This document shows positions 27,952-32,000 of a stretch of 32,000 bases of DNA, piece by piece (the stretch's first letter is position 1; each line of letters opens with the position of its first letter). The stretch covers positions 450,001 through 482,000 of the forward strand of contig NZ_AP013028.1 in assembly GCF_000829315.1 (NCBI RefSeq), given 5' to 3'. The position numbers were made by a program, and so were the translations under genes. Origin of the DNA: Wolbachia endosymbiont of Cimex lectularius. Its GTDB lineage: Bacteria > Pseudomonadota > Alphaproteobacteria > Rickettsiales > Anaplasmataceae. Under the pieces are notes generated by a model. The model was not told the origin of the DNA and did not search any database. It saw nothing but the letters and a program-made list of their open reading frames with translations.

Positions 27952-28941
27952 ATGAAACTAATCGTATTCATACTACTTTTTATTTTACCGCTGCACACCA
28001 TTGAGGCATCCGCAGATCTCTCAGTATCATTCCAGCACGGAATCAGGAAAAAAAAAGTCATAGATTCAAGTAGTCAAGCTGTTCTGATAAAAGAAAGCAA
28101 CGTAGGAAACTTAGTACATGATAAAAGGTTGTTATTCATATCTAGTAACATAAAATCTTCCTTTTTCGCCACAGGAATTGAACAAGGTTTGGCGCAAAAT
28201 ACAGTAATGAGATTAATCGACATATATAAAGATTTTGGTATAGACTTTAAAAAAGATATCATGCCAGAGAGTAAATTGGAGGTTCTTTTTGAGGGATTGC
28301 CTAATAATCAGAAGACTGAAGAAAAAATTTTATACACCTCACTGACAACAAACAAAAAAGCTACTCGTCTATATCATTATAAGTCACAAAACGGTCAAGA
28401 GGGATATTTTGATAAAGAGGGAATAAGCCTAAGAGGTAGCAAATCTTTTACAAATCCTTTGAGTGGAGATTATCGTATATCTTCGAAATTTGGGAATAGA
28501 AAGCATCCTATTTGCGGTAAGGTTGTTTTTCACAAAGGAGTAGACTATGCGGCTAAATTTGGTACTCCTATATACGCTGCTGCAGAAGGTGTAATAGAAT
28601 ATATAGGAAATAACGGAGGATATGGTAAGTACATCAAAATAAAACATAAAAATGGTTATTCAACCTGCTACGCACATATGAGTAAATTTAGTAGTGATGT
28701 GAAATTAGGCTCCAAAGTAAAGCAGGGACAGGTTATCGCTTATGTTGGTAGCACTGGTGTTGCCACAGGACCCCATTTACATTACGAGATTATATATAAC
28801 GGCAAACACGTTGATCCGCTTACAATAGCGCATAAAAACAAAGTGATGCTACTTGATCACGGATTAAGAGAGTTTAAACTATTTGTAAATAAGATAGATA
28901 AAACGGTCAACAGGGAGAGTTTAGGTGAAAAAGAAGTTTAA
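27952..28941 (+). CDS. M23-family (LytM-domain) peptidase, secreted
   Basis: RISSKFGNRKHPICGKVVFHKGVDYAAKFGTPIYAAAEGVIEYIGNNGGYGKYIKIKHKNGYSTCYAHMSKF...GQVIAYVGSTGVATGPHLHYEIIYNGKHVDPL. Confidence 0.95.
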   Translation: MKLIVFILLFILPLHTIEASADLSVSFQHGIRKKKVIDSSSQAVLIKESNVGNLVHDKRLLFISSNIKSSFFATGIEQGLAQNTVMRLIDIYKDFGIDFKKDIMPESKLEVLFEGLPNNQKTEEKILYTSLTTNKKATRLYHYKSQNGQEGYFDKEGISLRGSKSFTNPLSGDYRISSKFGNRKHPICGKVVFHKGVDYAAKFGTPIYAAAEGVIEYIGNNGGYGKYIKIKHKNGYSTCYAHMSKFSSDVKLGSKVKQGQVIAYVGSTGVATGPHLHYEIIYNGKHVDPLTIAHKNKVMLLDHGLREFKLFVNKIDKTVNRESLGEKEV

Positions 28942-29794
28942 AGACAATATTGATAAGAATACGATAAATGATAGAAATTTAAGTCAACTCCGGGTTTTTC
29001 CCGTACTAATAGTGCTAGGATTAATTTTATCGGTACTTTTTGTAGCATATGACAGTACAATTGCACTTGGAATTGCTGCTATTTCAGTGTTGTTTTTTTC
29101 TCAAGGGTTTTTCATCAATAACCCCAATGAAGCGAGGGTGGTAGAATTTCTTGGTCGTTATATTGGAACTTATTTTAAACCTGGGATGTTTATTACGCTG
29201 CCATTTTCAACAAAACATGCTGTTTCTCTGAAATTTCAGAATATCAACACAGAAAAAATTAAAGTAAATGATGCAAATGGAAGCCCTATAGAGATTTCAG
29301 TAGTGATTGTTTGGAGGGTAAGCAGCCCCGCAAAGGCATATTATAATGTGAATAATTATTATGAGTTTGTTTTCGTGCAAAGTGACTCAGTAATTAGAGA
29401 ATTGGCGAGCAATTACCCGTACGACAGCGAAAGCGATGAGGAATCTTTACGTAAAAATTCTGATAAAATTTCAGGTGAATTGCGTTCAATGTTACAACAA
29501 AGACTGGATATTGCGGGAATTGAAGTTACAGAAGCGAGAATATCGCATTTAGCGTATTCTTCTGAGATTGCACAAGCAATGCTGAGGCGTCAACAAGCAC
29601 ATGCTATTACCTCTGCAAGAAAGCATATAGTGCAAAATGCAATAGGAATTATCGAGGAGGTAATAGCCCATTTTGAAAAGAATAAAAGCATACAATTGGA
29701 TGGAAAGCAAAAGGTTCAACTGATAAATAACCTGCTAGTTGCCCTTATTTCCGAACAAGATGCACAACCAACAATTAGCTTAGATAATAATTAG
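28925..29794 (+). CDS. SPFH/Band 7 domain protein
   Basis: NPNEARVVEFLGRYIGTYFKPGMFITLPFSTKHAVSLKFQNINTEKIKVNDANGSPIEISVVIVWRV...LDIAGIEVTEARISHLAYSSEIAQAMLRRQQAHAITSARKHIV. Confidence 0.93.
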   Translation: MKKKFKDNIDKNTINDRNLSQLRVFPVLIVLGLILSVLFVAYDSTIALGIAAISVLFFSQGFFINNPNEARVVEFLGRYIGTYFKPGMFITLPFSTKHAVSLKFQNINTEKIKVNDANGSPIEISVVIVWRVSSPAKAYYNVNNYYEFVFVQSDSVIRELASNYPYDSESDEESLRKNSDKISGELRSMLQQRLDIAGIEVTEARISHLAYSSEIAQAMLRRQQAHAITSARKHIVQNAIGIIEEVIAHFEKNKSIQLDGKQKVQLINNLLVALISEQDAQPTISLDNN

Positions 29795-29809
29795 TACAGA
29801 AGCTCAACG

Positions 29810-30240
29810 AAAAGTTTACTTGACAACCTTCGCCGTCACCCTTATAATGATACTGGAGTTATTTGTTTAACTTCCCAATCTGTGCAGGTTAAAATGACAA
29901 GAAAACTTGTATTTGGCGTACTATGTGCACTGCATGTCTTTTTAAAAACTTCGGGTTTTTACCCATACAAGCTGAAACGCGCTTATAAGTCGTTTAAGAC
30001 ATCACCCAACGCCGGATTTTAAAATAGAGAGTGGAATAACTAGCTACCTCGGGGTTTTATTGTCCTTTTTTTCTGCCTGGTAAATTTCTTAAATATTATA
30101 GCTTAGACTAGTTGCGTTTAAGGCATAAAAACGCCAATACTAAAAATAAATACCGACCAGGGTTTCTTTTGCTTTTTTCTCTGTTTAGTAAATTTTTTAA
30201 ATATTTATAGCTAATTGCAATTTATGAACGAATATTTGTT
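29810..30240 (-). repeat. Dispersed repeat, copy D (inverted relative to A-C)
   Basis: cttgacaaccttcgccgtca...caatctgtgcaggttaaaatgacaa...gtgcactgcatgtctttttaaaaacttcgggtttttacc...caagctgaaacgcgcttataagtcgttt... is the reverse complement of the tail shared by copies A-C. Confidence 0.85.
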
Positions 30241-30464
30241 TTTACAACAAATGGTGTCATTCCAGCGCGTGACGCTGGAATCCAGGAACTTTATTAGGCT
30301 AGTGAGCATAAAAGTTATGTTAAAATGCACCATTTTTATGGAAAACTGGATCCCAGTGTCGGAGCACTTGGATGCACCCTCTTGGCAGCACAATGTTTGT
30401 ACGCTCTTCCTGAGTATTCCCATCTGCGTTTCTCCTCAAAATTTTTTACCATAAATTAATTATG

Positions 30465-31234
30465 CTAGAGATCTAATGCTAATTTAAAAGGTGTCTTATT
30501 ATCATTGTTTCTAGCATTAATATCAGCTCCTTCTTTTATGAGAAGCTCAATTAGATCTAAATTACCTTCCTTAGCAGCATAGTGTAGTAATGTATTACCG
30601 CTATTACCCTTTGCTACAGCAAGAAAAGTTACCACCTCTCCTTGTGCAATCTCGAAAGGTGCCTTGTTTTTATTGTTTCTAGCTCTAATATTAGCTCCTT
30701 TACTTATAAGTAGTTCAGCTACATCCTCTGCATCAAAGAAAGCAGCTGTGTGTAATGGCGTCCAGTCAATATTGTCCCGAGCATCAACATCAGCACCATT
30801 GTCTACAAGGAATTCAGCTACATCTTTTGCATTAGAGATAGCAGCCGCATGCAGCGGTGTCAGGTCTTCATTGTCTTTAGTATTAACATCAACATCTTCT
30901 TTTACAAGAAGCCTAGCTAGATATAAATTACCTTCTTGAACAGCGTAGTACAGCAATGTATTACCGCTGCTATCCTTTGCTGCAGCAAGAATTCTTGCAA
31001 TTTTGTCATCATATGTTTTAATATCAGCAGTGTGCTTTTTCATGAAAGCTTCAATTGCTGCTGGCCGTTTTTTTGGTACATCGCCTAAAGTATATTGTTG
31101 ATCACTAACGGTCTTTATGATTTTGTCATTGTGTTTTTGAATATCAGCAGCTTGTTTATAACTGTTAATTTGTTCTAGAAAATCTTCATCTGTTTCCTTT
31201 CATAAAAAGCATTATTAGATTTCTTCAGCTCCAT
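30465..31234 (-). CDS. Ankyrin-repeat protein; N-terminus appears frameshifted (intact ORF 30465..31043)
   Basis: Repeats such as LYYAVQEGNLYLARLLVKEDVDVNTKDNEDLTPLHAAAISNAKDVAEFLVDNGADVDARDNIDWTPLHTAAFFDAEDVAELLISKGANI. Upstream in-frame coding (TDEDFLEQINSYKQAADIQKHNDKIIKTVSDQQYTLGDVPKKRPAAIEAF) is joined to MELKKSNNAFYE (ATG at 31234) by an apparent 1-nt frameshift near 31195. Confidence 0.8.
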
Positions 31235-31495
31235 AATTTTTACCTCTGTCAATTAACCTTGGTTTTTCTTTGGCATTCTAAAACGCATCACTACTAACTT
31301 AACAATACATACCATTATTATTTAGATAATACAACCATTTTGAGCAACAAAAACCTAAAGAAAGGGTAGAGAACAGGAAAAGTGGCTGCTTGGAGACACT
31401 ACTCGTTTTACGCAGTAACATGTTGGCATAAATTTTTTACTTCGGTAGTTTTTTCATTGTCACTATAATTATAGTAGTAATTAAGTTGGATAGGT

Positions 31496-31822
31496 ATGAA
31501 AGCTTTTGCAAAAAACCTTAAGAGTAAGGAAAAAAAGCTGGAGGAATTCAATGAAGAAATTGAAGATATAACCACCTTAGCTCAAGATAAATTTGCGCAT
31601 GAACTTGAAAATATTGCATACGATAGCATGCAAAAATTTCGCAGTTTGCTTACTCAAGAGTTAAACACCATCTTCAACAATATCCATTCTCAAAATGTTA
31701 ACTCGCTGAAATCCAGCCTAGTTGAATATGCTATAAGTTCAAATTTTATCAATAAAAAGGGAGAAACAGCTTTAATACGCTCTCTCCTCAATGTAGTAGA
31801 ACATACGATAAAGAACTTATAG
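31496..31822 (+). CDS. Hypothetical protein, possibly a truncated ankyrin-repeat protein
   Basis: 108-aa ORF; C-terminus ...SLKSSLVEYAISSNFINKKGETALIRSLLNVVEH resembles a single ankyrin-like unit. Confidence 0.45.
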   Translation: MKAFAKNLKSKEKKLEEFNEEIEDITTLAQDKFAHELENIAYDSMQKFRSLLTQELNTIFNNIHSQNVNSLKSSLVEYAISSNFINKKGETALIRSLLNVVEHTIKNL

Positions 31823-31982
31823 CAAATCAAGAGTTTCAAGCACTTAGGGTTGCTACATGCAGATTTAACTTAATATTAAATGCGAGAAATTTAGCTAAGA
31901 TGAGTTTACCTGTGATTTATTTACAGCATAGATCCAGCGGTTGGGATAACGAGTTTTAGTCATACATAAACGGGAGGTTATT

Positions 31983-32000
31983 ATGTCTACTTCACCAAAA
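31983..32000 (+). CDS. Start of a further CDS, truncated by window end
   Basis: ATGTCTACTTCACCAAAA preceded by a Shine-Dalgarno-like gggagg. Confidence 0.35.

Noticed and set aside
6302-30240. Possible CRISPR-like array from repeated sequence blocks
   Set aside because: Copies are few, hundreds of bp long, kilobases apart and variably oriented. No regular repeat-spacer unit and no cas-like ORFs.
30211-30454. ORFs on both strands at 30211..30454
   Set aside because: Derived from the palindromic repeat and copy D boundary; the translations match those of other repeat copies rather than a protein family.
30664-30939. 91-aa plus-strand ORF within the ankyrin gene
   Set aside because: Ser/Ala/Leu-rich antisense shadow of the ankyrin repeats.
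1-32000. Cytoplasmic-incompatibility (cif-type) genes or a novel defence island
   Set aside because: No ORF shows deubiquitinase, nuclease, helicase or other defence-like signatures beyond the RelE/RelB-like modules; nothing in the sequence supports such a call.

Overview
This window looks like a Wolbachia (Rickettsiales) chromosome segment: AT-rich, with characteristic protein sequences and gene order. It has three parts. (1) Left accessory part, about 1-6.8 kb: two tandem RelE/RelB-like toxin-antitoxin modules with a near-identical 94-bp promoter-proximal segment, a decayed phage terminase large subunit, a frameshifted IS5-type transposase, a degenerate ankyrin-like protein with a C-terminal hydrophobic hairpin, and a divergently transcribed HExxH metalloprotease-like protein. 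(2) Housekeeping core, about 6.8-24.4 kb: AsmA/YhdP-like, rnhA, a 35-aa CoxF-like ORF missed by the ORF track, ctaB, coxA, coxB, HlyD, fabG, M48 protease, ribB, greA, atpA, atpH, dnaJ, tRNA-Arg(ACG), and three dispersed VirB2-like pilins. (3) Right part: a compact 635-nt ORF-less group II intron at 25147..25781 on the minus strand, then bamD, yebC, M23 peptidase, SPFH protein and ankyrin genes. The intron has a 34-nt domain V, a domain VI with a bulged A, a GUGUG 5' end and an AC 3' end. Its insertion point is supported by a related uninterrupted repeat copy near 6.0 kb. Also notable are four copies of a ~370-480-bp dispersed repeat, a 40-bp perfect inverted repeat pair, a 25-bp perfect inverted repeat upstream of coxB, and a family of short palindromes. 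I found no convincing new defence system or CRISPR array. The best candidates for novelty are the mini group II intron, the putative effectors at 3-5.7 kb, the VirB2 multiplicity and the repeat/MITE-like elements. All identifications are from reading the sequence; no database search was run.
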